Shown: piece by piece, positions 47,239 through 60,719 of the stretch | Position numbering within the stretch: the first letter of the stretch is position 1 | How the letters are laid out: every line of letters begins with the position of its first letter | Assembly (NCBI GenBank): GCA_002269645.1 | Contig: NIVC01001464.1 | Coordinates: 1-64,000 of the forward strand | From: Macrostomum lignano | Taxonomy: Eukaryota | DNA length: 64,000 nucleotides | Reading direction: 5' to 3' | Made by a program: the position numbers and the translations under genes | The notes under the pieces: model-generated | Database searches by the model: none | What the model saw: only the letters and a program-made list of their open reading frames with translations | Told to the model about the DNA's origin: nothing

Positions 47239-47355
47239 CATTTCCTCTTTCTCTGCCCACCATCAACTCTATAGCGGTGCCCCTGCAAGCAGTTTCAAAC
47301 CAAGCCATCTTTTTCACTCACCACAAAGCCACTCTCCGCTCACTGTGCTCTGCAG

Positions 47356-49460
47356 GCAGCCAACCTGCAGTGACAGCCACGGCGTGCGGTGTGCGGCCTG
47401 CACAAGACACGTGCCATGCGATCTGGTGCTGCAGCAGTTTCTGTGAGGACAGAATTAGAGAACTGCTTGATACAAGTGACAATGACAATGCAGTTCATCT
47501 CGTGCGGGCGACCAGACCGAGCTCGACCAACGAGCTCAGAGTGAGCTTCAGCTTCCAGGAGAAACGCATCATGAGAGACCTGAGCACAGTCCAGGGCCAG
47601 CTGTTCACACTCATCAAGTTCATCTTCAAGAGACACTTGCCGCTCAATCTGGACACACCTGGACTCAAGACCTACCATGCGAAGACTCTGCTATTCTTCA
47701 TGCTGGAAAAGCATGGCAAAGACCCTGAAACTGAGGCTTGGCAGCCCCACAATCTGATCGCTCTGCTCAAGGAGTCTCTCGACATGATGCTGAACTTCAT
47801 CGACTCGAGCAGCTCGCCCGATGAGTGCATGCCGCACTTCTTCATGCCCGACGCTCCGCTCTACTTCAAGAACGCTGGAATCGGCGGCGACTTCGACAAC
47901 ACGAAGGCGAGGGTTCGAGACCGACTTTGTGAGCTGAGAAGCGACATCGGCGGAGTGGTCGAGCAGCTGAGGAGACTCGTGAAACCTCTGCAGTCAGAGA
48001 AGTTCTACTTTCACCCGTTCACTCTGCTGCCTCTGACAGCGCCGCCTGCTGTCACGGAGATCAGCGAAGGAAGTTATAAAACTATTTTCGCAGACGTGTA
48101 CATTGCGGTGCACCACTGTGTGAGCGAGCTGCAGTCGGAATCGAGCGACAGAGACACCCTGATGAGGCAGCTCAGTCTGCTGCATGAGCTGCAGCGTTGC
48201 GAGTGCGCCGCCCTGTGCATGACCGCCATGGCGCATTTGAAGTTCGGAGAATCTGAGGAGGCTGAGAGACTCGCAATGGAGCTGCAGAGACATCAGGTTG
48301 AGTCAGGGTTGAGGCCACAGGAAATTCAAAGAGATGAAGACTATGACCAAACTGAATTGCCAGATGACTCAGACTTGGCGTGGAGGTTCTGCCTCCCCTG
48401 CGACTCTCCGCCTCGCTTCCCATTCCTTCCCGAGTTCACGCAGACTCTGTTCACAGCCAGACTGTCGCAGCCTCTCTCCTCCCACCTGTACGTGAACTTC
48501 CGCTGCCTGAGCTGGAGTCTCCAAGCTGAGCTGCTCCGCAATCGCGCAACTGCAATCGCATTCGATCATTGGATTGAACAGCTGCTTGGAGACTCGGACT
48601 CGGAAGAGCTGCTTGGAGACCCGGACTCGGAAGAGCTGCTTGGAGACTCGGACTCGGAAGAGCTGCTTGGAGACCCGGACTTGGAAGAGCTGCTTGGAGA
48701 TTCGGACTCGGAAGAGCTGCTTGGAGACCCGGACTCAGAAGAGCTGCTTGGAGACTCGGACTCAGAAGAGCTGCTTGGAGACTCGGACTTGGAAGAGCTG
48801 CTTGGAGACCCGGACTTGGAAGAGCTGCTTGGAGATTCGGACTCGGAAGAGCTGCTTGGAGACCCGGACTCAGAAGAGCTGCTTGGAGACTCGGACTCAG
48901 AAGAGCTGCTTGGAGACTCGGACTTGGAAGAGCTGCTTGGAGACTCGGACTCGGAAGAGATGCTTGGAGACCCGGACTCGAAAGAGATGCTTGGAGACTC
49001 GGACTCGGAAGAGATGCTTGGAGACCCGGACTTGGAGGAGCTGCTCACTCTGGCTCACTACAGCGACTGCCTCGAGCACGTGGAGCTCAGCCTGCAGCAG
49101 ATGGAGATGATCGAGAAAAAGAGACGCGTCGTCATGGAGACGCAGGACGAGGAGAAGATCGGCTGGGTCAGGGAGAAGCGGTGGCGAGTTTCGAACCGCA
49201 GCGGCAGCGACAGCGGCGCTCACCGCAGCAGGGAAGATGAGGAGCGGAGGCTGTGGGCGAGGGCAAGGCTGCGTCGAGACGGGGCCGACTTGGGGCGCCT
49301 GGTTGCCATGGAAACGGCAGCGGAGCAGAGAGACAGCTGGACTCACGCCAAGCTCAGTCGAATGAGACTGATGAAGTTCGACAGACTTGATGCAGCAGCC
49401 GGAGTCCTCAAAGTCGAGTCACAACGTCGAGACCGGAAAAGGAAGGCTGAGTCAGACTGA
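47356..49460 (+). CDS. ANK-cGLR gene copy B, exon 3: Mab-21 domain plus C-terminal region; spliced CDS 3873 nt = 1290 aa
   Basis: ctctgcAG acceptor; same Mab-21 motifs as copy A; contains a 17x LLGDSDSEE expansion and a net 66-aa insert. Confidence 0.9.
48582..49040 (+). repeat. Coding 27-bp minisatellite, 17 x (L/M)LGD(S/P)D(S/L)EE
   Basis: 459 bp in frame; a single unit in copy A. Confidence 0.95.
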
Positions 49461-50156
49461 CTACCCGGTGAGGTGTTCAATGCTGACACAATTTTCATGT
49501 ACTTTTGGTTTGTACTTTGGGTAGTCGGACTTCGTTGCCCAGATAACTATGATCTGCATTGTTGCTGAAATAAGCACATCGAGAGTCATCGAGTGTGAGC
49601 AGCCCTCCTGCTGTGAACTGCAGTTTCGCACATTTGTGCTGCAATTCAATTCCCACTGCACGCTAAATTGCTTTTTCCCTTCAAACTGCGTGTCTGCTTT
49701 GATGCGGGCTTTTCTCTGCGATTTTGTTCTGCGGACTTCAATACCCAATTGCCACTGCTATTAATGAAATATTCAAGCCAAATGCACAGGCAGCAGTTGT
49801 CTGCGTGAACCTGAAAATTCAAAATTCAGCTGTGTCAGGGAGAAGCTGGAGAGACTTGATGCAGCAGCTTGAGTTGAACTCGTAATTTTGTAAGCCACTC
49901 CGCCTTTTTAATAAATTTTGTTTTTAAATCAAAAATGTTCATTTTAAATATTTACATGTTTAACTTTTTAAACTTAACTGGCTTTTGCGCGAGCTGTTTG
50001 AGAAATTTTACTGTACTGTACATGTTCCTAATGAATATACTGTATTAAATGTACTTTTATGATTTAAAATATTGCATACTCGGGCACTATTTAAGCACCT
50101 GTTCTAGCTCATAGTGAACTCAACCAGTCTGCAAATTGATTTCATCCTGTACCCTG

Positions 50157-51125
50157 CAGTGACTGACAGCCTGACAGCTCCCTCATGAACATTCAGTGAC
50201 TGACAGCCTGACAGCTCCCTCATGAACATTCAGTGACTGACAGCCTGACAGCTCCCTCATGAACATTCAGTGACTGACAGCCTGACAGCTCCCTCATGAA
50301 CATTCTGTGACTGACAGCCTGACAGCTCCCTCATGAACATTCACTGACTGACAGCCTGACAGCTCCCTCATGAGCATTCAGTGACCGACAGCCTGACAGC
50401 TCCCTCATGAACATTCAGTGACTGACAGCTGACAGCTCCCTCATGAACATTCAGTGACTGACAGCCTGACAGCTCCCTCATGAACATTCAGTGACTGACA
50501 GCCTGACAGCTCCCTCGTGAACATTCACTGACTGACAGCCTGACAGCTCCCTCATGAACATTCAGTGACTGACAGCCTGACAGCTCCCTCATGAACATTC
50601 AGTGACTGACAGCCTGACAGCTCCCTCATGAACATTCAGTGACTGACAGCCTGACAGCTCCCTCATGAACATTCAGTGACTGACAGCCTGACAGCTCCCT
50701 CATGAACATTCAGTGACTGACAGCCTGACAGCTCCCTCATGAACATTCAGTGACTGACAGCCTGACAGCTCCCTCATGAACATTCAGTGACTGACAGCCT
50801 GACAGCTCCCTCATGAGCATTCAGTGACTGACAGCCTGACAAGCTCCCTCATGAACATTCAGTGACTGACAGCCTGACAGCTCCCTCATGAACATTCAGT
50901 GACTGACAGCCTGACAGCTCCCTCATGAACATTCAGTGACTGACAGCCTGACAGCTCCCTCATGAACATTCAGTGACTGACAGCCTGACAGCTCCCTCAT
51001 GAACATTCAGTGACTGACAGCCTGACAGCTCCCTCATGAGCATTCAGTGACTGACAGCCTGACAGCTCCCTCACGAGCATTCAGTGACTGACAGCCTGAC
51101 AGCTCCCTCATGAACATTCAGTGAC
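50157..51125. repeat. 37-bp minisatellite family, about 26 copies
   Basis: Direct reading. Confidence 0.96.
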
Positions 51126-51344
51126 CGGACAGGCAGGTCGCAGCCCCCGTCTCAGAGCCAAGAAGACTGCCCTTGATCCTAAGAGTCGAGAGACTCAGAC
51201 TGAGAGACTTGACTCTTTGCCGCACGAGGGTTAATGACATTTGGCAGTTTGAATATTTCTATTTCAAACTCTCACGATTGTTATAAATTCAATTTTTGTA
51301 AATCCTTAAAATTGTAATGTTGTAACTTCTTGCTCTCGTCACTT

Positions 51345-51955
51345 ATAATCACACCCTCGCTCTGTTTTGCCTTTGCTGTGTCTTACTCTCGCTGTGTCTT
51401 AGTGTCTTACCCTCGCTCTGTAAGTGCTCTCGTCACTTATAATCACACCCTCGCTCTGTTTTGCCTTTGCTGTGTCTTACTCTCGCTGTGTCTTAGTGTC
51501 TTACCCTCGCTCTGTTTTGCCTTTGCTGTGTCTTACCCTCGCTGTGTCTTAGTGTCTTACCCTCGCTCTGTTTTGCCTTTGCTGTGTCTTACCCTCGCTG
51601 TGTCTTAGTGTCTTACCCTCGCTCTGTTTTGCCTTTGCTGTGTCTTACCCTCGCTGTGTCTTAGTGTCTTACCCTCGCTCTGTTTTGCCTTTGCTGTGTC
51701 TTACCCTCGCTGTGTCTTAGTGTCTTACCCTCGCTCTGTTTTGCCTTTGCTGTGTCTTACTCTCGCTGTGTCTTAGTGTCTTACCCTCGCTCTGTTTTGC
51801 CTTTGCTGTGTCTTACCCTCGCTGTGTCTTAGTGTCTTACCCTCGCTCTGTTTTGCCTTTGCTGTGTCTTACCCTCGCTGTGTCTTAGTGTCTTACCCTC
51901 GCTCTGTTTTGCCTTTGCTGTGTCTTACTCTCGCTGTGTCTCACCCTCGCTCTGT
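51345..51955. repeat. 56-bp minisatellite (CTCGCTCTGTTTTGCCTTTGCTGTGTCTTACC...)
   Basis: Period 56 (e.g. 51541/51597); copy B only. Confidence 0.92.
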
Positions 51956-52785
51956 CTTGATGTCAGATCCACATAAACTGACAAAAATCGTATCAATTCC
52001 TATATACTACTTGTATTTTTGCGTTTAGTTGCCCCTAATTGGGCCGTTTTACTTTCCTCTTGTGTGCACGATCTATCTAGAGTGTATAATAATTGTACGA
52101 TCGATAAATATTTAGGCCTCTCCATGCTCGTGGCTCACGAAGAGGTCCAGTTTATTACTTTAAATACACAGCCTGGCTCTCGCCTCCGTTTATTACTTTC
52201 GATTCCCTTTCTCTCTACCCCCGACTGCGTGTTTCTAAATATAGCTTCTTCAGTGTTGGTTCATTCTTAGCTATTTGTCCCACCAGCAATTGGACACTCG
52301 CCCGCTCTCTTTCTCGCAGTTTTGGCAAATCCAGTCGCTACTCAGACAGCTCAAAAGCACTGATTGAATGAGAAGCGCTGCACCCATCGGGATGTCGCTC
52401 AGGTGAAGCCGAGAGGAGCAGGGGAGACTCAGTCACAAAATCGATGTCGAAAGGGGTGACGGCTGACGTCTTGGGGATTTCCAGCTGCTATAGTTTGTTA
52501 TTTCAAGCGACGGGCTTTTTGATTGGACGAGATGACCAGCTCGACTCTGATTGGCTCCGAGGGACCTGAGAGGGTCAGAAATCATAAAAATGGGGCAATC
52601 TAGTCAACAAGACGATCCTTCAAAAGACAGACTGGCGCCAAGAGTGACACGTAGGAGCGTAGGAGACCAGACGCCTGTTTATTGCCATTCCGAGAGTGCA
52701 GCAACAGAGACTGACGCAGTTCACCATGCAGAAGTGGCAGACGCCACTGACTCCGCTTCCATCTCCGCTCCCACTTCAGCTGGAG

Positions 52786-53035
52786 CCCATTGACCTCAGC
52801 TGGAGTCCATTGACCCCATTGACCTCAGCTGGAGTCCATTGACCCCATTGACCTCAGCTGGAGTCCATTGACCCCATTGACCTCAGCTGGAGTCCATTGA
52901 CCCCATTGACATCAGCTGGAGTCCATTGACCCCATTAACATCAGCTGGAGTCCATTGACCCCATTGACCTCAGCTGGAGTCCATTGACCCCCATTGACAT
53001 CAGCTTGAGTCCATTGACCCCATTGGCCTCAGCTA
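52786..53035. repeat. 29-bp minisatellite GACCTCAGCTGGAGTCCATTGACCCCATT
   Basis: Direct reading; copy B only. Confidence 0.92.
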
Positions 53036-53127
53036 GAGAAAACAATGACAGTCTGAGGTCGCCTTCCAGTTATCGATTTTCAAAGTGATCAATCAATTTC
53101 CTTTACAGGTGCCAGAAGCTTTGAATT

Positions 53128-53398
53128 GCTCACCAATCTGGCCTCAGCTCACAGTCACCAATGAGTGAGTCACCAATCTGGCCTCAGCTCACAGTCACCA
53201 ACGAGTGAGTCACCAATCTGGCCTCAGCTCACAGTCACCAATGAGTGAGTCACCAATCTGGTCTCAGCTCACAGTCACCAATGAGTGAGTCACCAATCTG
53301 GCCTCAGCTCACAGTCACCAATGAGTGAATCACCAATGTGGCCTCAGCTCACAGTCACCAATGAGTGAGTCACCAATGTGGCCTCAGCTCACAGTCAC
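53128..53398. repeat. 40-bp minisatellite, about 7 copies (partner of 16375-17312)
   Basis: Direct reading. Confidence 0.93.
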
Positions 53399-54117
53399 TT
53401 CAAAAGCAGGTAACAAAGCCGCAGGTCGCCATGGCAACAAAGCATTTATCTCCAAACTCGCGCCCCAGAGGAGCCGCGAGCGCCGCAGGTGCGCAGCCGC
53501 GGTGTTTCTTAGAAATTTTATTTCCGCTCTGACGCCAGTTAGAAAAAAGCACAGGGAAGGTCAGAAGCCGCCGCTGCCGCTGCCTGACTCAAAATTGTCC
53601 ATGCAGCTGGGACGGCGGCGGAGGGACTCGAACTCGGGACCTCAGCAACAACAGAACAGCTGCGGGCGGGCCTGGGCGGGGCGGCGGGTTTGCAAGGCGG
53701 GCAGGGAGGGCAAAGCGGGCAAATTATCAATATGGGGCCGGATGATTAGCAGAGGCTGACTGACCAGCCCGCATTCCTACAGATAACTGATAACCCAATT
53801 AACTGTTTAAATTGGTGCCACTTGAAACAACAGCGATTATAACAAAGGAAAATAATAATTAGAGACACGCAGACGATATACTACTCCCAGTAGGGTGGGG
53901 CGTCACTTTGAACAGCCGGTCAGGTCGCTTATAAATATGAATAAAAAACAGAGCTGGCAGTGGGAGAAGCCCCGGACCGGTGCGGCCGGCTTTGAGACTC
54001 GCCGCGTTTCTAACAAAGCGGTGCACCGCGCCACAGGCGGCTGGGCTGTCAGAGGAGAGACAGTCGGCTGCTCAGCACCGCCCGGCCCAGCCGAAACCCG
54101 CAGCTGCTCAGCCGACC

Positions 54118-55436
54118 TCAAATGCCGCGGCCGCGACCTCCTCGGTAGCCGCCGCCGCCGCCGCCTCGCTGCCAGCCGCCTGCGTACGGCACCCCCCGCC
54201 AGCCGCCGCGCCCGATTTGCGGCCCGTAGCCGCCGCCGTAGCCGCCGCCGTAGCCTCCAGCGAAGCCGCCGTAGCCTCCAGCTTCCTGCTGCTGGTACGG
54301 GTAGCCGTAGGGCTGCTGGAACTGCTGCTGCTGCTGCTGCTGGCGCATGCGGACCCGCTGCATCTCCTCGCGGCTGAGACCCTTGCGCACATCCACACCG
54401 CAGTTCTTCACTCGGTGCGGCCGGTGCAGCACCGCCTTGTCAACGGAGTCGTAGTCGGAGAAGGTCACGAAGCCGAAGCCGCGACTGTCGCCCGTCTCCT
54501 TGACGCGGGCGATTTCAACGGACTCGATGTCACCGAACTGGCCGAACTGCTCGCGGATCTCGTCCTCGGTGGCGTCCTTCGGCAGCGAGCCAACGAACAG
54601 CTTCGGGGTGGTGACGCGGAACTCCGGGCGGTCGCCCTCGTCACGGGGCATCGCGCGCTTCACCTCCACCTGGGAGAGGGCGGGGAGCAGCCGTGAGTGA
54701 GGCATTTGGGGCTTCATCTGGGAGGCTGGAAGCAGCCGTGAGTGAGGCATTTGGCGCTTCATCTGGGAGGCTGGAAGCAGCCGTGAGTGAGGCATTTGAG
54801 GCTTCATCTGGGAGGCTGGGAGCAGCCGTGAGTGAGGCATTTGGCGCTTCATCTGGGAGGCTGGAAGCAGCCGTGAGTGAGGCATTTGGCGCTTCATCTG
54901 GGAGGCTGGGAGCAGCCGTGATGAGGCATTTGAGGCTTCATCTGGGAGGCTGGGAGCAGCTGAGGCATTTGAGGCTTCATCTGGGAGGCTGAGAGCAGCT
55001 GAGGCATTTGAGGCTTCATCTAGGAGGCTGGGAGCAGCTGAGGCATTTGAGGCTTCATCTAGGAGGCTGGGAGCAGCTAAGGCATTTGAGGCTTCATCTA
55101 GGAGGCTGGGAGCAGCTGAGGCATTTCTGGGCTACTCAGAGCTCCGCTCACCTCCTTATCCTGAATGGTGTGGGGCCGCTTGGCCTGCACCGCATTCACG
55201 GTCTCGGCGTCCTTGAAGGTGACGAAGCCGAAGCCCTTGGACCGCTGAGTGGCCGGGTTCCTGACCGCCACGCAGTCGGTGACTTCGCCGAACTTGGCAA
55301 AGTACTCGCGCAGGCCGTCGGTGCTCACGTCGGGACTGAGGCCGCCGACGAAGATTTTGCGGAACGCCTCGTCGCTCGGATCGCGCGGCGCCAGCGCCGA
55401 CTGCCTGCTGCCACCGGAAGCTCCGCCGAATACCAT
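54118..55436 (-). CDS. hnRNP A/B-family paralog 1, copy B; exons 55436-55152 and 54669-54118; 278 aa
   Basis: Protein appears identical to copy A; the intron is filled by the same 45-bp repeat family. Confidence 0.93.
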
Positions 55437-55503
55437 GATGAAGCAGTTGGGATGCTGGGCTCAGCGCTGCAATGAGGCCGCGGGGCTGGCTGGCTGGCTG
55501 GCT

Positions 55504-56120
55504 GGGGAACCGGAAGCTGAGTAGCTGATGGGGAACCGGAAGCTGAGTAGCTGATGGGGAACCGGAAGCTGAGTAGCGGATGGTAAACCGCGGAAGCTGA
55601 GTAGGGGATGGGGTAACGGATGCTGGGTAGGGGATGGGAAACCAGAGATTGAGTAGCGGATGGGGAACCGGAAGCTGAGTAGCGGATGGGGAACCGCGGA
55701 AGCTGAGTAGGGGATGGGGTAACGGATGCTGAGTAGAGGATGGGGTAACGGATGCTGAGTAGGGGATGGGAAACCAGAGATTGAGTAGCGGATGGGGAAC
55801 CGGAAGCTGAGTAGCGGATGGGGAACCGGAAGCTGAGTAGCGGATGGTAAACCGCGGAAGCTGAGTAGGGGATGGGGTAACGGATGCTGAGTAGAGGATG
55901 GGGTAACGGATGCTGAGTAGGGGATGGGGAACCAGAGGTTGAGTAGCGGATGGGGAACCGGAAGCTGAGTAGCGGATGGGGAATCGCAGAAGCTGAGTAG
56001 GGGATGGGGAACCGGACGCTGAGTAGGGGATGGGGAACCGGAAGCTGAGTAGCGGATGGTAAACCACGAAAGCTGAGTAGCGGATGGGGAACCGGAAGCT
56101 AAGTAGAGGATGGGAGACGG
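55504..56120. repeat. 26-bp minisatellite (partner of 19441-19980)
   Basis: Direct reading. Confidence 0.9.
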
Positions 56121-56785
56121 GGAAACGCAGCATAAGTCTAAATCTGAATTTCAGCCATTGGCAGGTGCAATTGTCATACACTGCAATAATTCTTAATATT
56201 ACTGGGAAGTATGATATATATGAGTAAGCTAAGTCCTCAAGTACATATGTACTGAATAAGTAGTATTACATAACAGTAGTAATTTATTAATCAATAACTA
56301 TTGTAGAACTCCAGAGTAACATTAATTATAGTTTTTGTTTTACACAACAGAATTCAATATTATTTCAGTAGGTAACGCAATTTGAAGTGGGCAGTCGGTG
56401 GCTGAATAAAGTAGTACAGTCGCAGTTTACACTACTTTTTTGAGGAAAAATGTAATAAATAAAGGTACTTTAATAGCGTAAATATTAAGCATGCTGGAGA
56501 CAGCACACCGATGCACACAGTAAAAGTACAAACAGATCAAGGTAAAAGTGCATCAAAGTGCACTCAGTACTGTATGGTTACAGTGAGATGTACGATACAA
56601 CAGTCAGTACAGTTGGGTCTGCGAGTGCCTGTCAGTGTGACTTCACACTGGGAGGCACTCATCATTGTAACGATGATTGTACAGTAGAATATGGTGCAGT
56701 ACTTTGGTAACCTGCGGTATGCAGCCTTGATATTGTTGAGTAACTGCCTGTGGCACTGTGTATTGGGGTGTTAGACTGCGATTGT

Positions 56786-57887
56786 AATACCCTGTGTCTA
56801 ACAGGCACCAACACACTGTAACACCCTGCGTCTAACAGGCACTCACTGAAACACCCTGTGTCTAACAGTCACCAAGACACTGTAACACCCTGTGTCTAAC
56901 AGGCACACACTGTAACACCCTGTGTCTAACAGGCACTCACTGTAACACCCTGTGTCTAACAGGCACTCACTGTAACACCCTGTGTCTAACAGGCACTCAC
57001 TGTAACACCTGTTCTGAAGCCCGCAGCCCAAGACAAAGCAAGTCAAACGCAGCCGTCGCCCAGTAAAACAAAAAGTTTCAAATTTATTAAAAATCGAACA
57101 GATAAAAACTTCTGGCCTCGAGAATGCAAAGTCAGCAAAAACGCATTGGAAAAACGGCGCTGACGGAGCAGCGTCGGGAAAAGCGCGGGAGCAGAAAATC
57201 TGGGAGCTGCCTGCGGCCCGGGAATTGGGGGATTTGGACTGCGGACACAGACAGACAGACAGCAGACACACGGACAGACACACAGACAAATAGCAGACAC
57301 ACGGACAGACACAAAGACAAATAGCAGACACACGGACAAACACACAGACAGACAGCAGACACACGGACAGACAGACAGACAGGCACACAAACACACACAC
57401 AGACAGACAGCAGACACACAAACATACACACAGACAGACAGACAGACAGACAGACACAAAGAGCCACAGACGCAGGACAATAAAATGAATGCAGTTGGTT
57501 TGGAAGGCGGATGTCAGGGTGTCAGGCGGATGTCAGGGTGTCAGGCGGAGGTCAGGGTGTCAGGCGGATGTCAGGGTGTCATGGGGATGTCAGAGTGTCA
57601 GGCGGATGTCAGGGTGTCAGGCGGAGGTCAGGGTGTCAGGCGGATGTCAGGGTGTCATGGGGATGTCAGGGTGACAGGCGGATGTCAGGATGTCATGGGG
57701 ATGTCAGGGTGACAGGCGGATGTCAGGGTGTCAGGCGGATGTCAGGGTGTCATAGGGATGTCAGGGTGTCAGGCGGATGCCAGGGTGTCATGGGGATGTC
57801 AGGGTGTCAGGCGGATGTCAGGGTGTCATAGGGATGTCAGGGTGTCAGGCGGATGCCAGGGTGTCAGGCGGATGTCAGGGTGTCAGG
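56786..57887. repeat. 30-bp (56786-57010), CAGA-rich (57243-57457) and 19-bp (57505-57887) arrays, partners of 20.6-22.2 kb
   Basis: Direct reading. Confidence 0.9.
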
Positions 57888-58227
57888 CTCCGATTCGAGC
57901 CCATAGCAACCGCTCTGCTCACATGAGCAGCCCAACCCACATAGACTTGAGCACAGGCCACCAAGACACCCTGAATTTACAAAACAGACTTGATAAGAAT
58001 GATTGCGCATAGCATGCAGCTTCTGATTGGATGAATCTGGCAATGCATTCTGCAGCACAATGCGGCACTCAATGTAAACCAATATGAACAAAATCAGTCA
58101 GAGATGCGCACGAGTGGCCCTGTGAGTTCATCTGCACTGATGGCCGAATTGTGGCACCTGAAATTGAAGGTGTGCAGTGGGGGTCTTTGAAGTGACTTTG
58201 GTGGGCGATTTTAATGGCTATGGAGGC

Positions 58228-59048
58228 GATTCCCAGCGAGATTAGAGGTCATTTCCAGTGAGATTGGGGGTCATTCCCAGTGAGATTAGAGGCGATTCCC
58301 AGTGAGATTGGATGCGATTCCCAGTGAGATTGGAGGCGATTTCCAGTGAGATTGGGGGTCATTCCCAGTGAGATTGGAGGCGATTCCCAGTGAGATTGGA
58401 TGCGATTTCCAGTGAGATTGGAGGCGATTCCAAGTGAGATTGGAGGCGATTGCCAGTGAGATTGGAGATCATTCCAAGTGAGATTGGAAGCGATTCCCAG
58501 TGAGATTGGAGGCGATTTCCAGTGAGATTGGGGGTCATTCCCAGTGAGATTAGAGGCGATTCCCAGTGAGATTGGAGGCGATTTCCAGTGAGATTGGAGG
58601 CGATTCCAAGTGAGATTGGAGGCGATTCCCAGTGAGATTGGAGATCATTCCAAGTGAGATTGGAAGCGATTCCCAGTGAGATTGGAGGCGATTTCCAGTG
58701 AGATTGGAGGCGATTTCCAGTGAGATTGGACGCGATTTCCAGTGAGTTTGGAGGCGTTTCTCAGTGAGATTGGAGGTCATTTCCAGTGAGATTGGAGGCG
58801 ATTCCCAGTGAGATTGGAGATCATTCCAAGTGAGATTGGAAGCGATTCCCAGTGAGATTGGAGGCGATTTCCAGTGAGATTGGAGGCGATTTCCAGTGAG
58901 ATTGGACGCGATTTCCAGTGAGTTTGGAGGCGTTTCTCAGTGAGATTGGAGGTCATTTCCAGTGAGATTGGAGGCGATCCCTAGTGAGATTGGAGGTCAT
59001 TTTAAGTGAGATTGGAGGCGATTCCCAGTGAGATTGGAGGCGATTTCC
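58228..59048. repeat. 22-bp minisatellite (partner of 22503-23058)
   Basis: Direct reading. Confidence 0.93.
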
Positions 59049-59110
59049 TGAGACCACGCAGCCGGAGTCTCAAGCCACTCACCGGACGGTCAGCGGGCGG
59101 CTCTCAAGCC

Positions 59111-60613
59111 TCAGGTGGAGTTGCTGCGGGTTCTGTGCGGCGGCATCATTGAATAGGGCGAGCTGCGGAATCCGCCCCAGCCTCCGCGCCCCATCGGTCC
59201 GTAGCCACCGCACTGGTTCGGATAGAACCCGAAGCCAGGTCCCATCATGCCCATCGGGCCCATAGGACCTGGTCCCATCATGCCCATTGGACCCATAGGA
59301 CCTGGTCCCATCATACCCATTGGGCCCATAGGACCCGGTCCCATCATGCCCATTGGACCCATAGGACCTGGTCCCATCATCCCCATAGGACCCGGTCCCA
59401 TCATGCCCATCATGCCCATGGGTCCGTAGGGTCCCATCGAGCCGCCAGGGCCGCCCATGCCGTTGGGTCCTGGGCCGCCGCCGCCGCCAGCCCCAGCGGG
59501 ACTCTTGGAGGGCTTTGAAGACGCGGCCTGCGGCTGCTTTCCGTGCTGCTGCTGCTGCGGCTTCGGTCCGCTGGCGCCGCCCATCATGGGTCCCATCATG
59601 GGACCCCAGGGCCCCATGGCACCGCCTGACATCATCATAGCGCCGGGAGGGCCGCCCATGTTGGCCTGCATGCCGCTGCCGCTGCCGCCCCCGCTGCTGC
59701 CGCCGCCGCGAGACTGCTGCTGCTCCCGAAGGTGCGCGCTGGCCAGCTCCTCCTTGGTGAGGCCTTTCTTCACGTCCGTGATGCTGACTGAGCCTCCAGC
59801 GCGCAGCAGGTGAGGCTTGTACAGCATCACTTTGTCCACGGGGTCATAGTCATCGAACACGACGAAGCCGAAGCCGCGACTGTCTCCCGTGGCGTTGTCC
59901 CTGACGATGTACGCGTCGACAATGGTGCCGTAGGCTGAGAAATAGTCCCGCAGCAGCTGGTCGGTGACGTCCTTGCGAAGGGCGCCGACAAACAGCTTCT
60001 TGGTGGTGATGTGCGCCTCCGGGTTGTTGGCTTCTTCGCGGGGCATCGCGCGCTTCGTCTCGACCTGGGGCGATTTGGGGGAGATTTTGGGGCGATTTTT
60101 GTGAGCGATTTCTAGTGACTTTTCAGGCGACTCTTCAGGCGCAGCTGATTCTGAGCCAGTTAACCAGCTCTGCTCAGCAGGCAGTTGAGCAGCTGATTCT
60201 GAGCCAGTTAACCAGCTCTGCTCAGCAGGCAGTTGAGCAGCTGATTCTGAGCCAGTTAACCAGCTCTGCTCAGCAGGCAGTTGAGCAGCTGATTCTGAGC
60301 CAGTGCAACTCCAAGGCTACTCAAAAGCCTCCCACACAACTCAGCCTCGCACCTGGCGACCATCCAGCACGTGAGGCCGGTGCAGCTGGGCGGAGTCCAC
60401 ACTCTCCCGGTCCTTGTACGTCAGAAAGCCGTAGCCCTTGGATCTCTGAGTCTTGGGGTCCTTGGGCACATTGCAGTGCTGCACAGTGCCGTACTGGCTA
60501 AAGTACTTGTGCAGGCTGTCAGAGGTCACTGACGGGGACAGGCCTCCGATGAACAGCCGGCAGCAGATGTCCTCCCTGCTGTGCGATTCTTTGTGGTTGC
60601 TGCTGTCGTACAT
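59111..60613 (-). CDS. hnRNP A/B-family paralog 2, copy B; exons 60613-60353 and 60064-59111; about 404 aa
   Basis: Same motifs as copy A, with a few substitutions and indels in the G/P/M tail. Confidence 0.9.
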
Positions 60614-60719
60614 TGTGTACTTTCTGTGCCGCTTCCTGCCGGCTGACACCCGCTACAGCAAGTAGTGAGTGGCCGCGACAGTGCGGTTTGGGGCGAGCTG
60701 AACAGCTGACAGCCTGACG

